Shown here: piece after piece, positions 1 through 11,811 of the stretch
Layout of the letters: each line of letters opens with the position of its first letter
Numbering within the stretch: the first letter of the stretch is position 1
NCBI RefSeq assembly: GCF_036279655.1
Contig: NZ_DASUIT010000115.1
Location: 10,214 to 74,213, forward strand
Direction of reading: 5' to 3'
From: Aquabacterium sp.
GTDB taxonomy: Bacteria > Pseudomonadota > Gammaproteobacteria > Burkholderiales > Burkholderiaceae_C
DNA length: 64,000 nt
Made by a program: the position numbers and the translations under genes
Notes under the pieces: generated by a model
Databases searched by the model: none
The model's input: the letters and a program-made list of their open reading frames with translations, nothing else
Told to the model about the DNA's origin: nothing

Positions 1-1969
1 GATCGACTCGGGGGCTCTCGGTGGTGGGCGTCTGCTGTACGGCATCCATCGCATTTTGAACCAGATTGTGCACCACCTGGCGCAGCAGCGTGGCATCGCC
101 CTCGATGGTGGGCAGATCCGGCGCCATATTGACCTTGAGCAGGCCGCTGTCGATGGCCTGTCCGTACAGCGCCAGGACCTCGCTGACCAGGGTGTTGAGC
201 TCCAGCGGCGCCAGCCGGGACGTGGGCAGCCGGGCGAAGTCGCGGAACTCGTTGATCAGGGTCTTGAGTGACTGGACCTGGGCGACGATGGTGTTGACAG
301 AACGGGTCAGCAACTGCTGGCCGGGCTCGTCCAGCTTGTCGTGCAGCTTCATCTGCAAGCGCTCGGCCGACAGCTGGATGGGCGTGAGCGGGTTCTTGAT
401 CTCGTGGGCGACCCGGCGGGCCACTTCGCCCCAGGCCTTGGAGCGCTGGGCGGAGACCAGTTCGGTGATGTCGTCGAACACGATCAGGCGTGCACCGGCG
501 GGCAGATCGGCGCCGCGCACCAGCAGGGTCTGCGCTTCCTGGGGGGAACTGGGGTCGGTCAGCGGCCCCTCGAAGGATTCCTGCCATTGCTGCCGCTCAC
601 CGGGCTCGGGGTCGCTGTCGTAGGCCGCGAAACGGTCGTTGACGGCCTGCGCCAGGGCTTGCAGATTGGGCACCTCATGGAGCGCGCGGCCCGCATAGGC
701 AGACAAGGGGGCTCGCAGGATGCGCGTGGCCCCGGGGTTGACCGTGTCGATCAGCCCTTGGGCATTGAACACGATCACGCCCGAGGTGAGGTTGTCCAGA
801 ATGGTCTGCACGCGTGAGCGGGCGTTGTCCAACTGCTGGGTGCTGCGCTCCGCCTGGGTGCGGGCGTCGGCCAGTTGCTGGGTCATGGCGGCGAAGTCCC
901 GGGTCAGGCCACCGAGTTCATCCTTGGTGGTGAAGATGGCCTTGGGGCTCAGATCGCCCCGCGCCACCTCGCTGACGCCCTCGGCCAGCAGCACCAGGGG
1001 GCGGGCCAGTTGCTGGCCCAGGGTGGCGGCCAGCAGCAGGGCACCAAAGACCGCCAGCACCAGCGAGAGGGTGAGGGTGCCGATGTACATGCGCCGCAGG
1101 CCCTCGCGCCCCAGAGAGCGTTGCTGGTACTCGCGGTAGGCGTTCTCGACGTCCAGGGCGTTGCGCAGCAGCTTGGCTGGAATGGGTTGCTGCACCAGCA
1201 GGAAGCGCCCGCGGCTTTGCAGGCTGAAGCTGCGGTCGGGCATCCAGGCCAGCGCCATCACGCGCGGTTCCTTGCCATCGTCCAGCCCCTCGATCAGGGA
1301 CACCACGCCGCGGTTGCGGGCATCTTCGCGCCAGGAGGTGGGCACACGCCCGGCCGACAGGCCCAGATCGCTCTGCCCACCCACCTGGGTGGTGAGTGCA
1401 CCGGCCTCGCTGATGAGGGCGACACGGTCGGCGCCCAGTTGTTCGCGCAGGCGTTCGAGTTCCAGCAAAGGGGGCTGGCTGTCGGTGTCGGCCTGGCTGG
1501 GCAGGCCGGACATGCGCTCGGCGGCCAGGCGGGTCTTGTCGGCCAAGTCCTGGCTGAGGGTGTCCATGGTGGTGCGGCCCAGGCTGAGGCCCGCTTCGAG
1601 GGCGCCTTCCACGCGCACGTCGAACCAGGTCTCGATGCTGCGTGAGACGAACTGGTAGGACACCCCATAGATCAGCAGGCCAGGCACCAGGGACACCACG
1701 GCAAAGATGCCTGCCAGCTTGAGCAGCAACTGGCTGCCGAACTTGCGCCGCCGCACCCGCAGGGCCAGGCGCCCCAGGGCCAGCACGATGACCACCGCCA
1801 GCAGGGAGGCGATGGCCACATTGGTCCAGAACAGCCAGATGAAGTGGGGTTCGAAGCGTTCGCGGTTCTGCGTGGCGAACACCAGCATGAAGGCCAGCAC
1901 CAGGCCGGCCCCGAACATGGCCAGGCCCAGAACGATCCATGCCCAGCGGTTGGCCTTGAATGCGCTCAT
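1..1969 (-). CDS. ntrY: NtrY-like membrane sensor histidine kinase (HAMP/PAS/HisKA), truncated by the window edge
   Basis: Not in the ORF track; translated by hand. ATG at 1969-1967 overlaps the DUF4390 stop (ATGA). H-box AWGEVARRVAHEIKNPLTPIQLSAERL near 350-440, N-terminal transmembrane segments, and position downstream of rsmB-DUF4390. Confidence 0.85.
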   Translation of the reverse strand, partial: MSAFKANRWAWIVLGLAMFGAGLVLAFMLVFATQNRERFEPHFIWLFWTNVAIASLLAVVIVLALGRLALRVRRRKFGSQLLLKLAGIFAVVSLVPGLLIYGVSYQFVSRSIETWFDVRVEGALEAGLSLGRTTMDTLSQDLADKTRLAAERMSGLPSQADTDSQPPLLELERLREQLGADRVALISEAGALTTQVGGQSDLGLSAGRVPTSWREDARNRGVVSLIEGLDDGKEPRVMALAWMPDRSFSLQSRGRFLLVQQPIPAKLLRNALDVENAYREYQQRSLGREGLRRMYIGTLTLSLVLAVFGALLLAATLGQQLARPLVLLAEGVSEVARGDLSPKAIFTTKDELGGLTRDFAAMTQQLADARTQAERSTQQLDNARSRVQTILDNLTSGVIVFNAQGLIDTVNPGATRILRAPLSAYAGRALHEVPNLQALAQAVNDRFAAYDSDPEPGERQQWQESFEGPLTDPSSPQEAQTLLVRGADLPAGARLIVFDDITELVSAQRSKAWGEVARRVAHEIKNPLTPIQLSAERLQMKLHDKLDEPGQQLLTRSVNTIVAQVQSLKTLINEFRDFARLPTSRLAPLELNTLVSEVLALYGQAIDSGLLKVNMAPDLPTIEGDATLLRQVVHNLVQNAMDAVQQTPTTESPRVD

Positions 1970-2556
1970 CGGGCCAGGGAGATGGGGACGCGCCGCGCCA
2001 CGGCGATGGTCCACTCGCTCTGATCGCTCAGGCCGATCTGCAGAGGGCGGGGCAACTCGTCGCGGTCCAGCTGGAAGCTGAATTCGACGTAATGATCCCG
2101 TTCGTCGTTGGCGGGAGCCTGGTCCATGATGCGCCAGCGGCTGCCGCGCTGCATCACGGCCAGCGCCTCGCTCAGGCTGCCATAGTGCTGGCTGAGACCT
2201 TCCACCGAGACACGCCAGCGCCGGGTCAGGGGCTGGTAGGTCAGTCGCCAGTGGCGTTCGGCCACGGCGCGGGAGCGGTCATACCAGTACCAGCGTTCCC
2301 GAAACACTTCGGCCCGCGCCGAAAAGACCACGGCGACTCCTTTGAGCAGGGCGTCTTCGACGTCATGAGGCAGCTCGAAGCGCACGGCGTAGTTGAGCAG
2401 CAGCCCTTCATCGGAGCGCTGGACCTGGAGCTGGGAGAGTTCGACCTGGGTGCGACCTGTGCCAGCCAATTGCGCCCACGCGGACATGCCCACGCTGCCT
2501 GCGGCCAGGACCGAGGCAGCGCGCAGCAGGACGGTGCGGCGGCTGGGCACGTTCAT
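1966..2556 (-). CDS. DUF4390 family exported protein
   Basis: 196 aa with an N-terminal signal (SRRTVLL...AWA) and the motif LTYQPLTRRWRV; conserved position between rsmB and ntrY. Confidence 0.8.
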   Translation of the reverse strand: MNVPSRRTVLLRAASVLAAGSVGMSAWAQLAGTGRTQVELSQLQVQRSDEGLLLNYAVRFELPHDVEDALLKGVAVVFSARAEVFRERWYWYDRSRAVAERHWRLTYQPLTRRWRVSVEGLSQHYGSLSEALAVMQRGSRWRIMDQAPANDERDHYVEFSFQLDRDELPRPLQIGLSDQSEWTIAVARRVPISLAR

Positions 2557-3908
2557 TGTTCGGCAAGGGCGGGCTTGCGCAGCAGGGCGTAGAAAAAACC
2601 GTCACCCGAGACGGGAGTGGCCTCAGGCAGGGATGCGTCGGGATATTCGACCACAGGCAGCAGGTGACCTGGGGCGGGCAGGGCCTGGGCCTGGGGCTGT
2701 CGTTGCAAAAATGCGTCGATGCGCGCTTGTCCTTCCTGCTTGAAGAGCGAGCAGGTGCAGTACAGCAGCAGACCGCCGGGGGCCAGCAGGGGCCACAGGG
2801 CGTCGAGCAGGCGGTCCTGCGTGGCCGCCAGGGCATCGATGTCGCTGGCGCGGCGCAGCCAGCGCACGTCCGGGTGGCGCCGCACGATGCCCGAGGCGCT
2901 GCAGGGGGCGTCCAGCACGATGGCATCGAACCGTTGGCCATCCCACCACAGTGCGGTCTGCGAGGCGTCGGCAGCCTGGGTGCGGGCGCTCAGATGCAAG
3001 CGAGCCAGGGTCTGGTCGACACGCTGCAGGCGCTGGGCGTCGGTGTCGAGTGCCAGCATCTGCACGTCCAGGGCTTCGAGCAGGTGTGCGGTCTTGCCGC
3101 CGGGGGCGCTGCAGGCGTCCAGCACCCGGGCGCCGGCGGACAGGCCGGCTTGCAGCAGCAGGGGCGCGGCACGTTGGGCCGAGGCATCCTGCACGGACAC
3201 ATCACCCGCCTCGAAGCCGGGCAACTGGTGCACGGGCAAGGCCTGGTCCAGCACCAGACCGGCATCGCCAAAGGCGCGGCTGGGATGTCCCAGGTCCTGC
3301 AGTTGCTGCTGGTAGTCGGTCACCGATCGCTGGCGACGGTTGACGCGCAGCATCATGGGGGCGGCGTGCTGATTGGCGTCCAGCAAGGCCATCCAGTGCT
3401 CGGGCCAGTCCTGCTGCAGGCGCTCGATCCACCACAAGGGGTGGTTCCAGCGGGCTTGCGGGTCTTGCTGGGCCTGGGCGATCAAGGCATCGCGCTCCCG
3501 CAGGAAGCGCCTCAGCACGGCATTGACCATGCCGCTGGCTGGGCGCGCCTTGCGCTTGGCGGCGTCCACGGCCTGGTCGACCAGGGTGTGTGCAGGGTAC
3601 TCGGTGCCGCAGGCCAGGGCCAGGGCTGAGGTCAGTAGGCCATCGACCCAGGGGGCCGGCTTGCGGGCGACCAGCAAGCCTCGCAGCGCGCGGGCCAGGC
3701 CCAGGCGGCGCATGACGGCGAAGGACAGGGCCTGGGTGCCGGGACGGGCGGCGGCGGGGCAGGCATCCAGCGCGTCGGTCAGGGAGCGGCCGGACTGGAC
3801 CGCACTGACGGCATCGGCACAGTGCGCCAGCAGTTGCCACAGCGGCAAGGAGGCCGGTGTGCCCTGATGGGGGGCGGCAGAGGGAGAGCGACGGGGAGAG
3901 GCGGGCAT
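2553..3908 (-). CDS. rsmB: 16S rRNA m5C967 methyltransferase RsmB
   Basis: NusB-like N-terminal domain; motifs VQDASAQ, VLDACSAPGGKT, DAPCSASG, YCTCS. Start uncertain. Confidence 0.93.
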   Translation of the reverse strand: MPASPRRSPSAAPHQGTPASLPLWQLLAHCADAVSAVQSGRSLTDALDACPAAARPGTQALSFAVMRRLGLARALRGLLVARKPAPWVDGLLTSALALACGTEYPAHTLVDQAVDAAKRKARPASGMVNAVLRRFLRERDALIAQAQQDPQARWNHPLWWIERLQQDWPEHWMALLDANQHAAPMMLRVNRRQRSVTDYQQQLQDLGHPSRAFGDAGLVLDQALPVHQLPGFEAGDVSVQDASAQRAAPLLLQAGLSAGARVLDACSAPGGKTAHLLEALDVQMLALDTDAQRLQRVDQTLARLHLSARTQAADASQTALWWDGQRFDAIVLDAPCSASGIVRRHPDVRWLRRASDIDALAATQDRLLDALWPLLAPGGLLLYCTCSLFKQEGQARIDAFLQRQPQAQALPAPGHLLPVVEYPDASLPEATPVSGDGFFYALLRKPALAEQ

Positions 3909-3974
3909 GGCGCGCAGTCTAGTCCCTGCGCGCCGCTCTCCGGGCCCGCAGGGGCCCATTCTTCGCTTTCTTTG

Positions 3975-4838
3975 TCACGCGCCAAGAAAGTGACGGCGGT
4001 AGCGTGAGGGCAGATCGGCCAGGCGCATCATCATGGGCAGGTCGGCCGTGTTGAAGTCGGGGTCCCAGGCCGGGGCGCCCAGGATGCGGGCGCCGCAACG
4101 CAGATAGCCCTTGATCAGCGCCGGAGGCTCGACGGCCAGGCTGCGGTCCAGGTCATCGACCGGCAGGGGCAGGCGGGGGCGCACCTGCACGTCGATGGGC
4201 GCCAGGTGCGTGTGACGCAACTGCTCCCACAGGCTGGCCGCCACGTGGCCGCCATCGCGCATGCTGATGCTGGCGCAGCCGATCATGGTGTCCAGGTCAT
4301 TGCGCACCATGAACTCGGCCAGGGCGCCCCACAGGGCCATGATGACCCCACCCTGGCGGTGGTCGGGGTGGACGCAGGAGCGACCCAGTTCGACCATCTT
4401 GCCGCGCAGCGGACGCAGGCGCGTCAGGTCGAACTCGGTTTCGCTGTAGAGGCCCCCAATGCGCCGTGAGGCCTCGGGGGTCAGGACCCGGTAGGTGCCG
4501 ATGACCTCGCCCGGCTCGCCGTCCTCCTCGACCAGGCGCACCAGCAGGTGCTCGCAATAGGGGTCGAAAAGGTCGATGTCATGACCCTCGGGGCTGCCGG
4601 CTGGCACAGTCAGTCGTGCGCCCATTTCGTCGACAAAGACCAGGTGTCTCAGGCGTTGAGCCGCGAGAACATCCTGCGCAGTGCGTGCCCAAACGACCTC
4701 CAGTTTCTGGGGGGCTTGTTCAAGGCCAGACCCGAGGGAGCGACCGTGAAGTGACCTCCGGGACAGCGCGGGGCTGCGTGACAGGCTGGGCGTCAGGTCG
4801 GACAGAGGCAAGGTGGGCAAGGGCAGGTCCCGCATCAT
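3975..4838 (-). CDS. GNAT-fold N-acyltransferase, OlsB-like (ornithine/amino-lipid synthesis)
   Basis: Motifs AQRLRHLVF, DLFDPYCEHLLV, ELGRSCVHPDHR, PPALIKGYLRCGA, DPDFNTAD; Pho-box array upstream. Confidence 0.75.
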   Translation of the reverse strand: MMRDLPLPTLPLSDLTPSLSRSPALSRRSLHGRSLGSGLEQAPQKLEVVWARTAQDVLAAQRLRHLVFVDEMGARLTVPAGSPEGHDIDLFDPYCEHLLVRLVEEDGEPGEVIGTYRVLTPEASRRIGGLYSETEFDLTRLRPLRGKMVELGRSCVHPDHRQGGVIMALWGALAEFMVRNDLDTMIGCASISMRDGGHVAASLWEQLRHTHLAPIDVQVRPRLPLPVDDLDRSLAVEPPALIKGYLRCGARILGAPAWDPDFNTADLPMMMRLADLPSRYRRHFLGA

Positions 4839-4881
4839 CGGCTCCTGGGTTGGTCGATGTCAGCCAGTGTCAAGAGGAGCG

Positions 4882-4920
4882 ATGACGCCGGCATGACCCT
4901 TGTGTGACAAAACCGTGACC
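4882..4920 (-). promoter_or_regulatory. Four tandem Pho-box half-sites (PhoB-type direct repeats)
   Basis: Minus strand reads GGTCAC-ggttt-TGTCAC-acaag-GGTCAT-gccgg-CGTCAT. On the plus strand RTGAC starts at 4882, 4893, 4904 and 4915, an exact 11-bp period. Confidence 0.7.
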
Positions 4921-4997
4921 TGACGCAAGTCGTCGCTGTGGCATGCCCTGGTTAAATCCTGACACCCAGCTCGAGTTTGTACTGCTAGCATCTACCC

Positions 4998-6794
4998 ATG
5001 AGCATCCAGATATTTGGTCTGCCTGTTTCTCGCGGCGTGGCCATTGGCCGTGCTGTGCTGGTGGCATCCAGTCGGGTGGACGTTCCCCACCATTTCGTCG
5101 ACCCGGCCCGGGTGGACGAAGAGATCGCGCGCCTGATCGCGGCGCGGGACACGGTGGCCGCCGAATTCGACATGCTCAAGCACGATCTGCCCAGCGATGT
5201 GCCCACCGAGCTGGCCGCCCTGCTGGACGTGCACCAGATGCTGCTGCAGGACGAGGCCCTGATCGGCGCTGCGGTGGTCTGGATCGTCGAGCGTCACTAC
5301 AACGCCGAATGGGCCCTGTCGGCCCAACTGGAAGTGCTGGCGCGCCAGTTCGACGAGATGGAAGACGCCTATCTGCGCGAGCGCAAGGCCGATCTGGAGC
5401 AGGTGGTCGAGCGCTTGTTGCGCAATCTGGGGCGCGGTGGCGGCTTGCCGGCCATGCAGCCCCACCCGAGAGATTTCGGCGGCGACGATCCGTTGGTGCT
5501 GGTGGCCTCGGACATCTCGCCGGCCGACATGCTCAACTTCAAGCGCAGCGTGTTCACGGGCTTCGTGACCGATGTGGGGGGCAAGACCTCGCACACGGCC
5601 ATCGTGGCGCGCAGCATGGACATCCCTGCCGTGGTGGGGGCGCGCCAGGCCAGCAACCTGATCCGCCAGGATGACTGCATCATCATCGATGGCGATGCCG
5701 GTCTGGTGATCGTCGATCCCTCGCCCATCGTGCTGGAGGAGTACCGCTTCCGCCAGCGCCAGAGCGAGCTGGAGCGTGGTCGTCTGGCACGCTTGCGTCA
5801 TACCCCGGCGGTCACGCTCGATGGCGAGCGCATCGAGTTGCTGGGCAACATCGAGATGCCCGAGGATGCCCCGGGTGCTCTGGAGTCCGGCGCGGCGGGT
5901 GTGGGCCTGTTCCGCAGCGAGTTCCTGTTCATGGGGCGCGACCACGATGATCTGCCCGACGAGGAAGAGCAATACGACGCCTATCGCCGCGCGGTCGAGG
6001 GCATGAATGGCCTGCCGGTGACGATCCGCACGGTCGACATCGGTGCCGACAAGCCGCTGGAGGGCATGACGCCCAGCGAGTTGCGTCACGAATCTGTGCT
6101 CAACCCGGCGCTCGGCCTGCGCGCCATCCGCTGGAGTCTGGCGGAGCCCAGCATGTTCCGCCGCCAGTTGCGGGCCTTGTTCCGGGCGGCTCATCACGGG
6201 CCGGTCAAGATCATGATCCCCATGCTGGGCAGCCTTCACGAGATCCGCCAGACGCTGGAGCAGATCCACCATGTGCAGCGTCAGTTGGCGGAGTCGGGCA
6301 AGCCTTTCGGGCGGGCCGAGCTGGGCGCCATGATCGAGGTGCCGGCGGCGGCCCTGACCCTGCCCTTGTTCCTGCGGCATTTCGACTTCCTGTCGATCGG
6401 TACGAACGATCTGATCCAGTACACCCTGGCCATTGATCGCGCCGACGAGGCCGTGGCGCATCTGTACGATCCCTGGCACCCTGCCGTGCTGCATCTGGTG
6501 CACAACACCATCGTGCAGGCGCGTGCGGCAGGCAAGGGGGTGAGTGTGTGCGGTGAGATGGCGGGGGACCCGGCCTTCACCGAATTGCTGCTGGCCATGG
6601 GCCTGCGCAGCTTTTCCATGCATCCAACCCAGGTGGCGGCGGTCAAGCAGCGTGTGCTGCGGGCCGACACGCGTCGTCTGGCGTCCTTGCTGGCACCGGT
6701 GCTCGAGAGCGATGATCCCGAGCGGACGTGCCTGGAGCTGTTTGCCAGTGCGGGCTCACCTGCAGCGGCGCAGCGCCTCGCCTCGGCGGCCTGA
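4998..6794 (+). CDS. ptsI: Phosphoenolpyruvate-protein phosphotransferase (PTS Enzyme I)
   Basis: GGKTSHTAIVARS phospho-His motif, GVGLFRSEFLF, NPALGLRAIR, SIGTNDLIQY, VCGEMAGD. Confidence 0.95.
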   Translation: MSIQIFGLPVSRGVAIGRAVLVASSRVDVPHHFVDPARVDEEIARLIAARDTVAAEFDMLKHDLPSDVPTELAALLDVHQMLLQDEALIGAAVVWIVERHYNAEWALSAQLEVLARQFDEMEDAYLRERKADLEQVVERLLRNLGRGGGLPAMQPHPRDFGGDDPLVLVASDISPADMLNFKRSVFTGFVTDVGGKTSHTAIVARSMDIPAVVGARQASNLIRQDDCIIIDGDAGLVIVDPSPIVLEEYRFRQRQSELERGRLARLRHTPAVTLDGERIELLGNIEMPEDAPGALESGAAGVGLFRSEFLFMGRDHDDLPDEEEQYDAYRRAVEGMNGLPVTIRTVDIGADKPLEGMTPSELRHESVLNPALGLRAIRWSLAEPSMFRRQLRALFRAAHHGPVKIMIPMLGSLHEIRQTLEQIHHVQRQLAESGKPFGRAELGAMIEVPAAALTLPLFLRHFDFLSIGTNDLIQYTLAIDRADEAVAHLYDPWHPAVLHLVHNTIVQARAAGKGVSVCGEMAGDPAFTELLLAMGLRSFSMHPTQVAAVKQRVLRADTRRLASLLAPVLESDDPERTCLELFASAGSPAAAQRLASAA

Positions 6795-6801
6795 GCCTGC
6801 T

Positions 6802-7821
6802 TCAGCTGGCCTGCTTGTGCGGGCGGCGGTGATCGGACGGCGTGATGCCTGTCCAGCGCTTGAAGGCCCGCGTGAAATTGCCCGTGTCCGAGAAGCCCAG
6901 CAGGAAGGCGACCTCCTTGAGGCTGCATTGCCGGTCATTGAGGTAGGACAGTGCCAGTTCGTGCCGGGTGCTGTCCAGCACATCGGTGTAGGTGGTGTCC
7001 AGATCGGCCAGGCGCCGCTGCAAGGTGCGAGCGCTCATGCCCAGGTGCTGTGCGATCTGGTCCTGGGAGGGCTCGCCCTGCGGCAGCATATTGGCCAGCA
7101 TGCGCTTGACCTGGGTGCTCAGATTGTCGCGGTCGAGCTGCTCGACGAGCTTGGCCAGGATGTGCTCCTGCTGCTCCAGCAGTTGCGGGTTGGCGGCCTC
7201 CAGCGGACGCTCCATCAATTCTCGTGACCAGACGATGCAGGTGTGCGGTGCACCAAATCGCAAAGGGCAGCGGAAGGCGCGCACAAAGGTGTCGGTGTTC
7301 TGCGGAGCGGGGCGCTGGAAGTCGACCCGCACGGGGCTCATCTGCCGATCACCCACCATGGTGCGCACCAGTCGCACCAGCACCATGGCCGAGGCGTCGA
7401 TGGCTTCCGGTTCGCTCTGGGGGCCGCACACCGGCGGGGCCAGGGTGACCCGGCATTCGTCGCCATCCACGGTGTAGTGCACGATCACCGCGTCGGTGAT
7501 CACGCGAAAGTAGCGCTCGACCCGCTGAAACGCATCGTGCAGGGAGGGGCTGGCGATCAGGGCGTAGCCCAGGGCATGGAAGGTCGTGATCCAGGAGTGG
7601 CGGGCGGCCTTGACACCGAAGGCGTCGTCGCCTGTCGCATCCACACTCAGGCGCCACAGGGTGCCCACGCTGCGCACGGGAACCCGCACGGACAGGTCGT
7701 CGAAGTTCACCTCGGCCAGACCGGCGCGGGCCAGCAACGGCGCACTGGGCACATGCTCAGCCTCCAGGGCCCGGCAGATGACTCTGACCCAGGTGGCGAG
7801 GGTGGTGGCGTGCTGATCCAT
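6802..7821 (-). CDS. AraC-family transcriptional regulator (OruR/VqsM-like ligand-binding domain)
   Basis: C-terminal double HTH (LGMSARTLQRRL; VAFLLGFSDTGNFTRAFKRWTG). Start placed at ATG 7821; the track's upstream extension runs antisense-like into uup. Confidence 0.88.
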   Translation of the reverse strand: MDQHATTLATWVRVICRALEAEHVPSAPLLARAGLAEVNFDDLSVRVPVRSVGTLWRLSVDATGDDAFGVKAARHSWITTFHALGYALIASPSLHDAFQRVERYFRVITDAVIVHYTVDGDECRVTLAPPVCGPQSEPEAIDASAMVLVRLVRTMVGDRQMSPVRVDFQRPAPQNTDTFVRAFRCPLRFGAPHTCIVWSRELMERPLEAANPQLLEQQEHILAKLVEQLDRDNLSTQVKRMLANMLPQGEPSQDQIAQHLGMSARTLQRRLADLDTTYTDVLDSTRHELALSYLNDRQCSLKEVAFLLGFSDTGNFTRAFKRWTGITPSDHRRPHKQAS

Positions 7822-7874
7822 GACGGCGGAACCAAACGGTCTATCTGAATGATGAGATTGTACGATTGCCGCAG

Positions 7875-9779
<1,905 letters not shown>

Positions 9780-9870
9780 GGTATCGGGGCGTAGGAATCA
9801 GTGGAGCAGCGAGCTGCGAAACCGCCCATTGTCGCCGCGAACGGGTTTCGCATGCGGTGACAATGTGGGC

Positions 9871-11811
9871 ATGAGGTGCTGGAAGTCATTTGTACAAGCT
9901 GGGTGCAGCGGGCGTCTGCTTGTCTGCTTGGCGCTGCTGTGCCTGTGGGCCGGGTGGATGGGGCGGGCACAGGCCAGTGCCCGCGTGCCACATCCCGAGC
10001 CCGTGGTCCAGCCTCTGAACATGGATCGCGGCAATGTGCTGGACCATGCCTGGATCGTCACGGACGATGGCGACCTGACACCTCCGGGTGATGCCGCGGC
10101 CTGGCAGGCCACGGGCCTGCCGCACATCTGGTCGCGCACCCACCCGGGCTTTGAAGGCACGATGTGGTACCGCATGCAGGTCTCCTTGCCTCGCAAGCCC
10201 TCGGTGATGTGGGCGGTCTACCTGCCTCGCGTGGTGATGAACGCGCAGGTGTGGGTCAATGGCGTGCCGCTGGCCTACACAGGTGTGATGACGCAGCCCG
10301 TGACCCGCAACTGGTATGTGCCCCTGCTGACCAATGTGCCCCCTCATCTGTGGCAGGAGGGGGTCAACGTCATTCACATCCGCGTGGCCAGTGGATTCGT
10401 GTCGCGCAATGGCCTGGCGCCTGTCCAGGTGGGGCCGCTGGACCATGTGGCCGAAAACTACAAGCACCGGGCCTGGGCCCAGGTGGATGGCGTGCATGGC
10501 GCCAATGTGGCCCTGCTGACGGTGGGGGCCTTCATGCTGCTCGTGTGGGTGCGTGATCGTGAGCAGTCGGCCATCGGCTTCATGGGGCTGGCGTCGGTGT
10601 TCTGGGCACTGGGCACGCTGGTGCAGGTGGCGCCCAACCCCTTGTTGACAGAACTGGTGTGGGAAAACATGGCCTACATCTTTTCCGTGCATTCTCAACT
10701 GCTGCTGTGTCTGTTCTTCTTTCGCTTTGCCGGGCAGCGTCGGGTGTGGGTCGAGCGCTTCGTGTTCAGTCTGATGGTCCTGATCCCCCTGTATGGCCTG
10801 TTGATGCCGCAGTTCGATCTGAACACGCTGTTCTTTGCCCTGATCTATGCCCTGGGTCTGTGGAGCATGGCCGAGTCGATCTGGCACGTGCTGCGGCATG
10901 GGCGGCGCGACGGTGGATGGCTGGTGGCAGGCTGCCTGATCCTGGTGCCTGCCGGTGCCCACGACGTCATGGTCCTGGCGGGGGCCTTGCCGTTCGACAG
11001 CTTGTACTGGCTCCATTACGCGGGGCCGATCATGATCGCCTGCAATACCGTCATCGTGGCCGGAGACCAGGCGCGCTCGCGTCGGGCGCTCAGTGAGCTC
11101 AACCGCACCCTGGCCGACCGCGTGGCCGAACGCGAGCGTGCCTTGAAGGGCAGTTTCGAGCGCCTGGCCGCACTGGAGCGTTCGCAGGCGGTGTCGGCGG
11201 AGCGCAGCCGCATCCTCAAGGACATGCACGACGGTGTGGGGGCGCATCTGACCTCGGCCCTGCGTCAACTGCAGGGGAGCGATCACGCGCCCGTGGATGT
11301 GCCCCTGGTCACCCAGACCTTGCGTGACTCGCTGGACCAGCTCAAGCTGTCCGTGGATGCGCTGTCGCTGATGCCCGGGGATGTCGAGGGCCTGCTGGCC
11401 AGTTGGCGCTTTCGTCTGGCGCCGCGCCTGAAGGCCGCCGGCATCGAGCTGGTCTGGGATGTCGATCGGCTGCCGCCATGGCCTGCAGGTCAGTCGCCGG
11501 CTTTGCGTCAATTGCAGTACATCCTGTTCGAGGGGCTCTCCAATGTGATGCAGCACTCCGGGGCCACGCGGCTGATCCTGTCGGCACGGGATCTGGAGCA
11601 TCACATCCGCGTCAGTCTGATCGACAATGGAAAGGGTTGGCTGCGTTCGAGCCCGTACGAGGGGCAGGGCCTGCAGACCATGCGCACGCGTGCCCAGGCC
11701 ATCGGCGCGCGGATGGAATTCCTGCCAGTGCCCGACGGGGGGCTGGAGCTTCGCCTGAGCTTGCCGATGCACGGCGAGCCAGGCTCTGTTGATATCGCTG
11801 TGACACCATGA
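9871..11811 (+). CDS. Sensor histidine kinase: periplasmic beta-sandwich, 7TM (7TMR-DISM-like) and NarX/UhpB-type core
   Basis: H-box ERSRILKDMHDGVG, N-box EGLSNVMQHSG, DNGKG and GQGLQTM; about seven hydrophobic helices. Start uncertain. Confidence 0.85.
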   Translation: MRCWKSFVQAGCSGRLLVCLALLCLWAGWMGRAQASARVPHPEPVVQPLNMDRGNVLDHAWIVTDDGDLTPPGDAAAWQATGLPHIWSRTHPGFEGTMWYRMQVSLPRKPSVMWAVYLPRVVMNAQVWVNGVPLAYTGVMTQPVTRNWYVPLLTNVPPHLWQEGVNVIHIRVASGFVSRNGLAPVQVGPLDHVAENYKHRAWAQVDGVHGANVALLTVGAFMLLVWVRDREQSAIGFMGLASVFWALGTLVQVAPNPLLTELVWENMAYIFSVHSQLLLCLFFFRFAGQRRVWVERFVFSLMVLIPLYGLLMPQFDLNTLFFALIYALGLWSMAESIWHVLRHGRRDGGWLVAGCLILVPAGAHDVMVLAGALPFDSLYWLHYAGPIMIACNTVIVAGDQARSRRALSELNRTLADRVAERERALKGSFERLAALERSQAVSAERSRILKDMHDGVGAHLTSALRQLQGSDHAPVDVPLVTQTLRDSLDQLKLSVDALSLMPGDVEGLLASWRFRLAPRLKAAGIELVWDVDRLPPWPAGQSPALRQLQYILFEGLSNVMQHSGATRLILSARDLEHHIRVSLIDNGKGWLRSSPYEGQGLQTMRTRAQAIGARMEFLPVPDGGLELRLSLPMHGEPGSVDIAVTP

